Assembly (NCBI RefSeq): GCF_003334255.1 | Contig: NZ_QOWU01000070.1 | DNA length: 19,728 nt | DNA from: Escherichia coli | GTDB taxonomy: Bacteria > Pseudomonadota > Gammaproteobacteria > Enterobacterales > Enterobacteriaceae | Direction: 5' to 3' (one strand) | Shown: positions 7,601-15,185 of the stretch, piece after piece | Layout: each line of letters opens with the position of its first letter | Position numbering within the stretch: the stretch's first letter is position 1 | Program-made: the position numbers and the translations under genes | The notes under the pieces: model-generated | The model's input: only the letters and a program-made list of their open reading frames with translations | Databases searched by the model: none | Told to the model about the DNA's origin: nothing

Positions 7601-7918
7601 TCAAGTTCTGTTACGCACAACTGCAAAGAGATATTTTTTCTGGCTTATAACTTTGCATTTTATTAAACGGGCTATTTCCCTGTAGTCTTTATTAAGAGGA
7701 ATATGAATCATGTCCCCGTTCAGTTCATTAAAAACGCACCCTTTTATATATAACGTCTCATTCATGATAAAACCATACATTGAAAAATGCTGATTTTCAT
7801 ACTCTTTACTGATTAAGTGAAAATATCCCTCCAGCAGTTCCTGCGGGGGATGTGGATCAATCATCCAGTTATCACCAATATATGAACATACTTCTGTTAT
7901 CGTTGTCTGAAATGTCAT
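7601..7918 (-). CDS. Hypothetical protein, 105 aa
   Basis: ORF with SD GGGGG 5 nt upstream of the ATG; strongly AT-rich relative to neighbours; no recognisable motif. Confidence 0.65.
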   Translation of the reverse strand: MTFQTTITEVCSYIGDNWMIDPHPPQELLEGYFHLISKEYENQHFSMYGFIMNETLYIKGCVFNELNGDMIHIPLNKDYREIARLIKCKVISQKKYLFAVVRNRT

Positions 7919-7975
7919 GTTACCCCCTGAAGTAAAAACTTATGATGTGAAATGGGGCGTTTCCGCCCCCTGGTA

Positions 7976-8110
7976 TCACATGGCGTAGCCTCTGAGGTGG
8001 TCCAGCCACCAACAGAACTCGTGCCATTCGTCGCCTTTCATTGGCGGAATGCGTGTGGGTTGTCCTTTGACAACCGCATCAGCAAGGGTTACGATTTGTC
8101 TGAGTGACAT
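7976..8110 (-). CDS. Hypothetical small protein, 44 aa (MSLRQIVTLADAVVKGQPTRIPPMKGDEWHEFCWWLDHLRGYAM)
   Basis: ATG at 8108-8110 preceded by AAGGAT; the longer 75-aa ORF in the track would read through the upstream GC hairpin motif. First gene downstream of structured element copy 2. Confidence 0.5.
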   Translation of the reverse strand: MSLRQIVTLADAVVKGQPTRIPPMKGDEWHEFCWWLDHLRGYAM

Positions 8111-8316
8111 AATCAATATCCTTACAAAGGTTGTTGATATCCGTGCAAAGGGGTGTTCCCGCCCCCCTGGCACACCCACTAACCTCCTTTTCCTTCCCGG
8201 CATTCCCTCACGCTGTGCGTGATTTACATCGTTCTCACCTCCTTCACTGGGTTGTTTCTGTTCGCTAAAAAATGGTCAGGTTGTTAAAGAGCGGCACGGT
8301 ATGTTCAGGCATCTTC

Positions 8317-8626
8317 ACAGGAGCGAAGCTCCTTCTGCCGTCCACTTCTTCGGGGTTTCTCCCGCTGTGGACCTTTCCGATGGGGGCCCGTTTACCGCCT
8401 CACGGGACAGCTGTCCGGGGGCGGACGCAAAATTTTTAGCCGGGTTCATGGCTAAAAATTTTGTGGCCGGTGCATCTCACCCTGGACAGATGGAACGGGA
8501 GGGGGTTACGTCTGCCCCCCGGAAAGTCCACAGCGGGAAACAGGCCGCAGGGGTGGCGGCAGGAGGGAGGACTGCTGCGCCATCAGGCGCAGTTTCCTCA
8601 CACACCGTCAGGTGTGCAGGGAGCGC
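8317..8626 (+). promoter_or_regulatory. Structured GC-rich element resembling a single-stranded-DNA promoter (Frpo/ssi type), copy 2
   Basis: Shares blocks with copy 1 (GGAGCGAAGCTCCTTCTGCCGTCC, GTGGACCTTTCCGA, GTCCGGGGGC-GACGCAAAA, CCCGGAAAGTCC, CTGCGCCATCAGGCGCAGT, ACACACCGTCAGGTGTGCAGGGAGCGC). Contains a perfect 14-bp hairpin CAAAATTTTTAGCC / GGCTAAAAATTTTG (8428-8463). Confidence 0.6.
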
Positions 8627-9015
8627 AGGTCACGGCGCGACAGGGGCGGCGCGACCGGAACGGTCGCTGCAAGCCGGGTTTTCACGCATCGGACCGTAGC
8701 GGCAGCCCGAAACCGCGCCAGCGGGTTCGGCGGAGACTGGCGGGTGCGCCAGCAGCTGCCCGTCGGAGTCGGGCCTGACGACCGGATGCCGCCAGGCAGC
8801 CGGGAGCCGAAGTGGGCGCAATAAAAGACAGCCAGAAACGGTGACAGTGTCACGGAATATCACTCCTGTTCCCTGCATACAGCCATACACTACCTTCTGA
8901 CCGGAAAGCCGGGCCGGCAGCGCCGCAGGCGCTGCACCCCGCGTTTCCGGCAGGCGTCAGCCTGCCTGGGGTTTTCGCGCGGGCTGACAGGCGGCCTCCA
9001 CCGCCTGCCCCTGTA

Positions 9016-9207
9016 TCACCTGTTTCTGCTGCCCTGAAGGATGTAGTGACCGCCCAGGAAAACCGCCTGCTGATTCGCCACAAAATCGCAGATTTCATCA
9101 ACAATCTGCGCGGTGGTGAGCGGTTTCTGCCCCATTTCACGACGCCGCGCATTAATCACGGCCCTGTAATTACGCAGAATTTCGCGGGTTTCTGTGCTGA
9201 TATTCAT
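9016..9207 (-). CDS. Hypothetical small protein, 63 aa, translationally coupled to the upstream gene
   Basis: ATG overlaps the stop of the 9204-9626 gene (ATGA). Confidence 0.6.
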   Translation of the reverse strand: MNISTETREILRNYRAVINARRREMGQKPLTTAQIVDEICDFVANQQAVFLGGHYILQGSRNR

Positions 9208-9626
9208 GACATCGTCTCCCCGTCCAGCGCCTGTAACACAACGTCCATTGCTTCGCGTTCCTCCCTGACGAATGCGTCACCGTCGCCCCCGTTCTCACTC
9301 CCGACGGCATACAGGCGCTTCATTTCACTGCCTGCCAGCGCCATCACTTTTTCCAGCATCACCGCCGGGACTGTCACATGACGGCTGGCGCGCTTTTCTT
9401 CCATCAGTTCACGAACAACGTCGTGAACAACGCTGACATCCGCACCATGCTCAAAGGCATCGTCCAGTCGCTGCATGACGGTTTCCAGCTCATCGTCTGA
9501 CAGGTTCCAGTCCTGGGCTATGTGACGCACATCCCCACGGGTCAGCACCACGGCAAAAACGCATTCACTGTCCGGCACGTCTGTATCCAGTACATCGCGG
9601 ATGATTTCTTTAACAGTACAGTACAT
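9204..9626 (-). CDS. Acidic hypothetical protein, 140 aa (possibly DUF1380-like, a family often next to ArdB/KlcA genes)
   Basis: ATG with SD AAGGAGACG; acidic composition; family name from memory only. Confidence 0.65.
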   Translation of the reverse strand: MYCTVKEIIRDVLDTDVPDSECVFAVVLTRGDVRHIAQDWNLSDDELETVMQRLDDAFEHGADVSVVHDVVRELMEEKRASRHVTVPAVMLEKVMALAGSEMKRLYAVGSENGGDGDAFVREEREAMDVVLQALDGETMS

Positions 9627-9672
9627 GTTCTCGTCTCCTTTACAGGGGCGGCATTGCCGCCCCGTCCGTTAA

Positions 9673-10098
9673 TCAGTCAAGTGCAGCGTAAATCGCGTTG
9701 CATTCGGGGTGAAATTCGATGTGGCTCCACAACTGCGCATCGCGCATCCTGTACAGGTGTGTCAACCCTGCATCCCCGCTGTCGTGGTACAGCCACAACT
9801 GGCGGTTAATCACAAGGGAAGTCAAAATGATGCCTGCGGCATCAGCACTCACGGTACGGTCAAACCAGTTTTCACCGTTGACCAGATGAAAACGGTCGCC
9901 ATCCGGCATCATGTAACCGCCACCGTCCGGCAGGCGGATGAAGTGCCAGAATCCGCCTTCATATTCCGGCATCATTTTTTTCGCCAGCGCGTATACAGAC
10001 GCTTCGGCATACAGAAAATCCAGGCCAAACAGGTAAGGCAGAAAAGACAGACGGTCGCACTCTTCAACGTTCAGAGTGACAGGTTTCGCATACTGCAT
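9673..10098 (-). CDS. ArdB/KlcA-family antirestriction-like protein, 141 aa
   Basis: Start MQYAKPVTL with SD GGAGG 6 nt upstream (the track ORF begins earlier at 10179). Motifs FLPYLFG, EGGFWHFIRLPDGGGYMMPDGD and SADAAGIILT match my recollection of the KlcA/ArdB/YfjX family. Confidence 0.7.
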   Translation of the reverse strand: MQYAKPVTLNVEECDRLSFLPYLFGLDFLYAEASVYALAKKMMPEYEGGFWHFIRLPDGGGYMMPDGDRFHLVNGENWFDRTVSADAAGIILTSLVINRQLWLYHDSGDAGLTHLYRMRDAQLWSHIEFHPECNAIYAALD

Positions 10099-10140
10099 GG
10101 GATTTCCTCCGTTGTTCACATATTCCGCGACACCGGGCGG

Positions 10141-10364
10141 TGCCGTGCCTCCATCTTTGCCGGGCCTGCAGGGTTGCAAGGGCGCAAGGGAAGCCGCAGC
10201 CTGACGCGCACGGCTGACGGGAGTTGGAGGGTGAGACCGCGAAATCTGAGCGGGTGAACGACCGGAAAATCACGGCAGACGGGAAGGAGGGACCGGGTGA
10301 CCGCAGCGGTTCACCTTACCTTGCAACCCGCCCGCAGAAGCCCGGCTACGATGGAGGCACGGCA
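10141..10364 (+). promoter_or_regulatory. Long imperfect hairpin (about 225 bp) upstream of the klcA-like operon; possible third ssDNA promoter/ssi element
   Basis: Outer arms TGCCGTGCCTCCATC (10141-10155) and GATGGAGGCACGGCA (10350-10364) are exact reverse complements; inner arms GCCGGGC...GGTTGCAAGG / CCTTGCAACC...GCCCGGC also pair; nested palindromes CGGGTGAACGACCGG and GGTGACCGCAGCGGTTCACC. Confidence 0.5.
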
Positions 10365-10511
10365 CAGCCCGCACACGACGCTGAGGCCACATAACTGAAA
10401 ACCCACAAGGCCATGCCCCGCATGGCCGGGTAAAGCGGAGCCTGCGGCGACATCCTTTTGCTCTTTCCGGGGACCGGCTGGAAAAGGCGGAGATTTTCCC
10501 CGCCAGCGTCA

Positions 10512-10835
10512 TCATTTCCGGATTTTCGCCAGTGCATCCGCCATGCTGCGGATTTCAGTCCGGGCTTCCAGGACCACCTCCCGCAGAATATCCCGGTCAA
10601 ACCAGCGACGGGACGGTTCATCAGGTATACGCAGCACATCGCAGGCCAGCCCACTGGACAGGATATGCTCCACACACTCACTGACCAGATACATTTCCAC
10701 CGACGAAAAACGAGCGCCACGGTTCAGAATGGCATCGAGCACCACGGGCAGATTTTCGTCATCTTCATCAAGCCAGCAGGGGTAATCGCTTTCCTTCACA
10801 ACCAGACGAAAGCGGCGCGTCTGGCGGGTCAGCAA
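10512..10835 (-). CDS. Hypothetical acidic protein, up to 107 aa (start uncertain)
   Basis: ORF with TTG start in the track and no clear SD; contains the acidic stretch [12 protein letters not shown]; real start could be internal. Confidence 0.45.
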   Translation of the reverse strand: MLTRQTRRFRLVVKESDYPCWLDEDDENLPVVLDAILNRGARFSSVEMYLVSECVEHILSSGLACDVLRIPDEPSRRWFDRDILREVVLEARTEIRSMADALAKIRK

Positions 10836-11114
10836 CGTCTGACCGGTGGTGGTCAGCGCCGCCCGGATACGCGGGCATCTTCTGCCACTTGGTAACAGAT
10901 GCTTCGTACTGCATTGCGCACTGCATCAAGAACTGCCCTGATTTCGTCTTCGGTCAGCCATTCTCCGGCATACGGGAAAAACACCTGTGTTCCGTCTGCC
11001 GGAAGTACCGGCAGCGACTGCCACTGACTGCCGGACAGTACCAGTTCCGCCCCGGTTCCGGTCAGTTTCTGAATGGCGGAGGCCAGGAGCGGCGGCAGTA
11101 CGCCGCCGTGACGG

Positions 11115-11756
11115 TTGATAAGTAACGTCCGGAAAAACTTCAGCGTCATTCTTGAGCGTACGGTACGCGAACTCAACGGCGAGTCCTGCATATCCCTGGA
11201 AGAAGCACCACCGGCAAAACAACAGATTGTCTGTAGTCGCAGTTTTGGTGAACGAATCACAGACAAAGATGCCATGCACCAGGCTGTTGTTCAGTATGCA
11301 GAGCGGGCCGCAGAGAAACTACGTGGGGAGCGTCAGTATTGCCGGCAGGTGACGACATTTGTACGGACATCCCCCTTTGCAGTAAAAGAACCCTGTTACA
11401 GCAATGCCGCTGTGGAAAAGCTTTCATTGCCCACACAGGACAGCCGGGACATTATTGCCGCCGCATGCAGAGCCTTAAACCATGTCTGGCGTGAAGGGTA
11501 CCGCTATATGAAGGCAGGAGTCATGCTGGCTGATTTCACTCCATCGGGTATAGCGCAGCCGGGATTATTTGATGAAATCCAGCCCCGTAAAAACAGTGAA
11601 AAGTTAATGAAAACACTCGATGAACTGAACCAGTCGGGAAAAGGGAAAGTGTGGTTTGCGGGGCGAGGAACCGCCCCTGAATGGCAAATGAAACAGGAAA
11701 TGCTATCGCCTTCGTATACAACACAATGGACTGAGATCCCCATTGCTTCATTCTGA
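11115..11756 (+). pseudogene. impB: impB/umuC/mucB-family error-prone polymerase gene, 3' half only
   Basis: [13 protein letters not shown] ... [11 protein letters not shown] ... TTFVRTSPFA ... PTQDSRDIIAAA ... YMKAGVMLADF ... LFDE ... WQMKQEMLSPSYTT aligns to the C-terminal ~210 residues of MucB/UmuC as I recall them. An in-frame TGA at 11109-11111 and non-homologous sequence upstream show the N-terminal half, and any impA/impC, are missing. Confidence 0.85.
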
Positions 11757-11760
11757 TATA

Positions 11761-12153
11761 TCAGAATAATTTTTTCATTTTAAGACGCACATCATTCATT
11801 GCCTTCTGCACCGAATCCGTAGCAGAAGGAGGCATTTTTTCAGCAGATTGCGAAGCACCGAGTTCAGTCAACACAGCTCTGATATCGGCCTGAGAAGGCT
11901 TCCATCCAGTCGTCTGACTGAGTAAGGTTACAACCTGATCTGCTGAAAACTCCTCGCTCAAAATGGCAGTCAGCAATACAGGCAGGCGAGGATCAAGTTG
12001 GTGTAACGCCATTCCAGAAATAAATGCATTCCGGAACAGCTCACCACGCTCAGAACGCGGAACGGACTCTATCGCTTCCAAAGTTTGAAAGTCTGCAGCT
12101 TTTTCCGGATGCAGATAAAGTGTGTATTTTTTCCTTTTCCGTTCATCGTCCAC
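11761..12153 (-). CDS. stbB: Partition adaptor StbB/ParR-like protein, about 131 aa
   Basis: Immediately downstream of the actin-type ATPase gene; GTG at 12151-12153 with SD AAAGAGGAG 7 nt upstream, just after the stbA stop (the track ATG at 12189 would overlap stbA by 32 nt). Assignment rests mainly on position. Confidence 0.55.
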   Translation of the reverse strand: MDDERKRKKYTLYLHPEKAADFQTLEAIESVPRSERGELFRNAFISGMALHQLDPRLPVLLTAILSEEFSADQVVTLLSQTTGWKPSQADIRAVLTELGASQSAEKMPPSATDSVQKAMNDVRLKMKKLF

Positions 12154-12157
12154 AATA

Positions 12158-13129
12158 TTACTCCTCTTTGAAAGCCGCGATAGCTTCAACCAGTGCTGTC
12201 TGTGGCGACTCCATCATCACTACTTTTTGCCCAAGATGGTGCCATGCCGTTTTTATCGAATCATAGATCAACGGGGCCCCACCACCGACAACATAAACAC
12301 GATTCACATGATGGAAATCACCGAGCTCATTGACTACTTGCTCCCCCAGACTGGCAATAGCCCCCTCAATGGTATTAAGGACCAGATCAGTTTTTGTTTC
12401 GTCATTTATAACCTGCCGAACAAAGTCCGGGTCATTACGACGTTTAATCAATTCATCTGCAACGAGGAAACTGGTATCACTGGATGCCATGCGCAATGCA
12501 CTCATTGCAGCTTTCGTAACTGAAGACACACCAATGCCAGAATTACCATGAATGGCACTTACAGAGTCAAATTGACCAACGATAACACCAACATCAAGCG
12601 TAGTGCCGCCAATATCAACTACCAGCGATTTTTCGAACTGACCAACTTTATCCATGACCAGACGAGAAAACACAGCTGGCAATGATTCAGGCATCACATC
12701 AACGTGTTCAATGGTGAAAACATCGCCTTTATTAAGACGAATCGGCCTCATTAAATTCTCAATTTTACGCTGAATGTTGAGTTCATTTTTTTGACACTCT
12801 TTCGTGTAGAACTCACTGATAGGCAAAGTCACAGTCAATGATACAGGCTGAGGCGCTAATCCACTATTCAGTAAAGCGTGATGCACAGCTAACAGGTTAA
12901 CATCCGTATATTGATACTCAATATGAGTCGTAAGAATAGATTGGTTACTAACTTCATCATACGTGTATTTTTTACCATCCAGTTCATAGTTAAATGTCTG
13001 GCGAATCCCTAACCCGTCAACCTTCCATCCATGACGAAATGAGTTTTGCGACAACGACTTACAGATTTTCCCATTGTCATTCCATGCCAACTTGATTGTT
13101 GTTGAACCATCATCGCAGTATACGTTCAT
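12158..13129 (-). CDS. stbA: Actin-like plasmid segregation ATPase (ParM/StbA family), 323 aa
   Basis: N-terminus MNVYCDDGSTTIKLAW parallels R1 ParM (MLVFIDDGSTNIKLQW), with phosphate motifs DIGGTTLD and VVGGGA; SD AAGGGG upstream of the ATG. Confidence 0.85.
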   Translation of the reverse strand: MNVYCDDGSTTIKLAWNDNGKICKSLSQNSFRHGWKVDGLGIRQTFNYELDGKKYTYDEVSNQSILTTHIEYQYTDVNLLAVHHALLNSGLAPQPVSLTVTLPISEFYTKECQKNELNIQRKIENLMRPIRLNKGDVFTIEHVDVMPESLPAVFSRLVMDKVGQFEKSLVVDIGGTTLDVGVIVGQFDSVSAIHGNSGIGVSSVTKAAMSALRMASSDTSFLVADELIKRRNDPDFVRQVINDETKTDLVLNTIEGAIASLGEQVVNELGDFHHVNRVYVVGGGAPLIYDSIKTAWHHLGQKVVMMESPQTALVEAIAAFKEE

Positions 13130-13357
13130 CTATAGCCCCTTAAATACTCAATCTGAGTAAATCACTGTTTCTGGTTGCAAGGTAATACTCAATTTGAGCA
13201 CCATCATAGTTATGAAATCACAAAACACAAGTATTATTTATTACATCACATGACTCACTTCATATTTCATACTTCATAAATGTGAACGCATATTGACACC
13301 TCAGGTTACCGTGTCAAAATATCATCATACTTCACACATCACATTTATGAGGTTGCA
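13130..13357. promoter_or_regulatory. AT-rich divergent promoter / centromere-like repeat region between stbA and parA
   Basis: Direct repeats AATACTCAATCTGAGTA (13143-13159) and AATACTCAATTTGAGCA (13183-13199), plus repeated ACTTCATA / ACATCACAT motifs; lies between divergently transcribed partition operons. Confidence 0.55.
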
Positions 13358-14002
13358 ATGATTACTGTAGTTGGTGGGAACAAAGGTGGTTCAGGGAAAA
13401 CTACCATTGCATCAAACCTGGCTATTGCTCTCGCAAATAAAGGAAGGGAAGTCTGCCTGTTAAACGGAGATCTACAACGAACAGCCGCAAAACATCATGC
13501 GGAACGAGAAGCTGCAGGACTGTTACCAGCAATAACCCTTGTTGAGAAATTTGATAATCTGACACAAACACTACAGGCTCTGAATGAAAAGTTCGATGAT
13601 GTAATAGTGGATGTCGCAGGAAGAAACTCAAAGGAATTCATAACGAGTGGAGTTGTCGCACATCAAATAATTGCGCCACTACAGTGTTCTCAACCAGATC
13701 TGGATACTCTTACAGAACTAGAACAACAGATAGACGCAATGCGTAACCTTAACCCGGAACTTAAGGTTTATTGTTTACAAAGTATGGCAACAACCAATCC
13801 GGTTTTGAGGGGAAATGAGAGAAAAGAATTCCTTGAATATCTTGAAGAATTCCCAACAATTCAAGTCCTGGATTCAGTTATTTGTTTCAGAAAAGTCTAT
13901 CGCGATTGCATGAGCAACGGCACCGGTGTAGTAGAAACGAACAATACAGCAGCCAAAGCAGAAATTGAACATTTAATGAATGAGGTATTTGGCCCATGGT
14001 GA
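13358..14002 (+). CDS. ParA-family (small, ParF-like) partition ATPase, 214 aa
   Basis: Deviant Walker A VVGGNKGGSGKTT near the N-terminus; SD GAGG upstream of the ATG. Confidence 0.85.
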   Translation: MITVVGGNKGGSGKTTIASNLAIALANKGREVCLLNGDLQRTAAKHHAEREAAGLLPAITLVEKFDNLTQTLQALNEKFDDVIVDVAGRNSKEFITSGVVAHQIIAPLQCSQPDLDTLTELEQQIDAMRNLNPELKVYCLQSMATTNPVLRGNERKEFLEYLEEFPTIQVLDSVICFRKVYRDCMSNGTGVVETNNTAAKAEIEHLMNEVFGPW

Positions 14003-14271
14003 AAAAACCCAGCCAGCAAGCATTAAACAGAGCTGCAGTTACGGTAGAACAAGCAGAGGCTCTGGCTCAGCGCCTTGCGGATAAACCATACGGCGCGCCG
14101 GAAAAAACCGAACCAGAAAAACAATGTCGGACGACAATCTCTCTTGGTGAAAGCATGCTTGTCACAATAGAAGATCTGGCATTGAGGAATAAACGCAATG
14201 GTAAAGATCCAAAAAATGTAAGTGCCATCGTCAGAGTAGCCCTTGAGCAATACTTAAAAACACTAACGTAA
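13996..14271 (+). CDS. Small partner protein of ParA (possible ParG/RHH-type centromere-binding protein), 91 aa
   Basis: Start overlaps the parA stop (ATGGTGA), indicating translational coupling; small, charged. Function inferred from position. Confidence 0.5.
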   Translation: MVKKPSQQALNRAAVTVEQAEALAQRLADKPYGAPEKTEPEKQCRTTISLGESMLVTIEDLALRNKRNGKDPKNVSAIVRVALEQYLKTLT

Positions 14272-14340
14272 TAATCAAGAAGTTATTACTTATGAAATCA
14301 CACTTGTGAATTCATACTGTTTAAGCACCCTTGCATACAA

Positions 14341-14371
14341 GAGATCACATATTGCAGTGGTCTCTTTTATT
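14341..14371 (+). terminator. Rho-independent terminator after the parA operon
   Basis: Stem GAGATCAC / GTGGTCTC (one G-U pair), 8-nt loop, followed by TTTTATT. Confidence 0.6.
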
Positions 14372-14401
14372 ACAGAATAATTCATAATTATGATTTGTGA
14401 A

Positions 14402-15184
14402 TTATGCGTGTCTGTTTTTCAGCATTGTGACCGCATCGGACTCAGGCATCAAAAACTGCACCCGGTGCCGTGCAGCCACATCCAGTGCAAACACCTTCGT
14501 GTAGACCTCCGTTGAGCTGATGGACTTATGCCCCATCAGGCTCTGCAGGACCTTCAGCGGTATACCGGCATACAGCATGTGCATCGCATAGGAATGGCGG
14601 AACGTATGTGGCGTGACCGGGACAGAGAACGTCACACCATCAGCGGCAGCGGCGGCAACCGCCTCCCCAATCCAGGTCCTGACCGTTCTGTCAGTCACTT
14701 CCCAGATCCGCGCTTTCTCTGTCCTGCCTGTTCGTTTATTACGCCGTTCCATGGGGATTTTCAGTGTTGCCACCATCGTCTGCAGCTGGCTGACGTACCA
14801 GGAGTCGGAGAGCGGAACCAGCCGGTGAGTCTGCTGACCGGCGGGCATTCTTCCTGCCGTCCTGGCGGCTTTTTCTGTCCGCTGCTTCAGAGTGGCCAGT
14901 TGCACAAACGGATACGGGGGCGCAAGCGAAAAATCCCCCCGCGTCAGCGCCAGTGCTTCATTAATGCGCGCACCGGTGTTCCACAGTGTGGCCAGCAGCA
15001 TCTTGCGGCGCAGATCCGGGACGTAATGGAGCAGGGCGCTCACTTCAGGGGCCAGCAGGTATTTTGGCAGTTCATCATGAACCATCGACATCTGGCGGAG
15101 TGCCAGCGCTGCCGGATAATCGATGGCAACAGGAAGCTGAGCAGCATCCCGGGCATGGTGGATCGGTGCCGGCAGGTGCTGCAT
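14402..15184 (-). CDS. Tyrosine site-specific recombinase (XerD/ResD-like), 260 aa
   Basis: C-terminal catalytic signature HTFRHSYAMHMLYAGIPLKVLQSLMGHKSISSTEVYTKV and upstream TLWNTGARINEAL (R...H..R..Y). The ATG at 15182-15184 sits 1 nt after the upstream gene stop; the track ORF begins earlier at 15337. Confidence 0.88.
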   Translation of the reverse strand: MQHLPAPIHHARDAAQLPVAIDYPAALALRQMSMVHDELPKYLLAPEVSALLHYVPDLRRKMLLATLWNTGARINEALALTRGDFSLAPPYPFVQLATLKQRTEKAARTAGRMPAGQQTHRLVPLSDSWYVSQLQTMVATLKIPMERRNKRTGRTEKARIWEVTDRTVRTWIGEAVAAAAADGVTFSVPVTPHTFRHSYAMHMLYAGIPLKVLQSLMGHKSISSTEVYTKVFALDVAARHRVQFLMPESDAVTMLKNRHA

Positions 15185-15185
15185 A

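Noticed and set aside
8301-9152. Overlapping ORFs of 70-132 aa within and to the right of structured element copy 2
   Set aside because: Same reasoning: GC-rich sequence, mutual overlap in several frames, no start signals; copy-1/copy-2 conservation follows DNA structure rather than any reading frame.
3700-11100. Canonical leading-region genes ardA, psiB, psiA, ssb
   Set aside because: No ORF translation in this interval resembles my recollection of these proteins; recorded as absent from this window rather than annotated.
10853-11279. Minus-strand ORFs of 140 and 117 aa overlapping the impB fragment
   Set aside because: Their 5' parts are antisense to the clearly homologous impB 3' half; at most the part left of about 11110 could be a gene remnant. 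Not called as intact genes.
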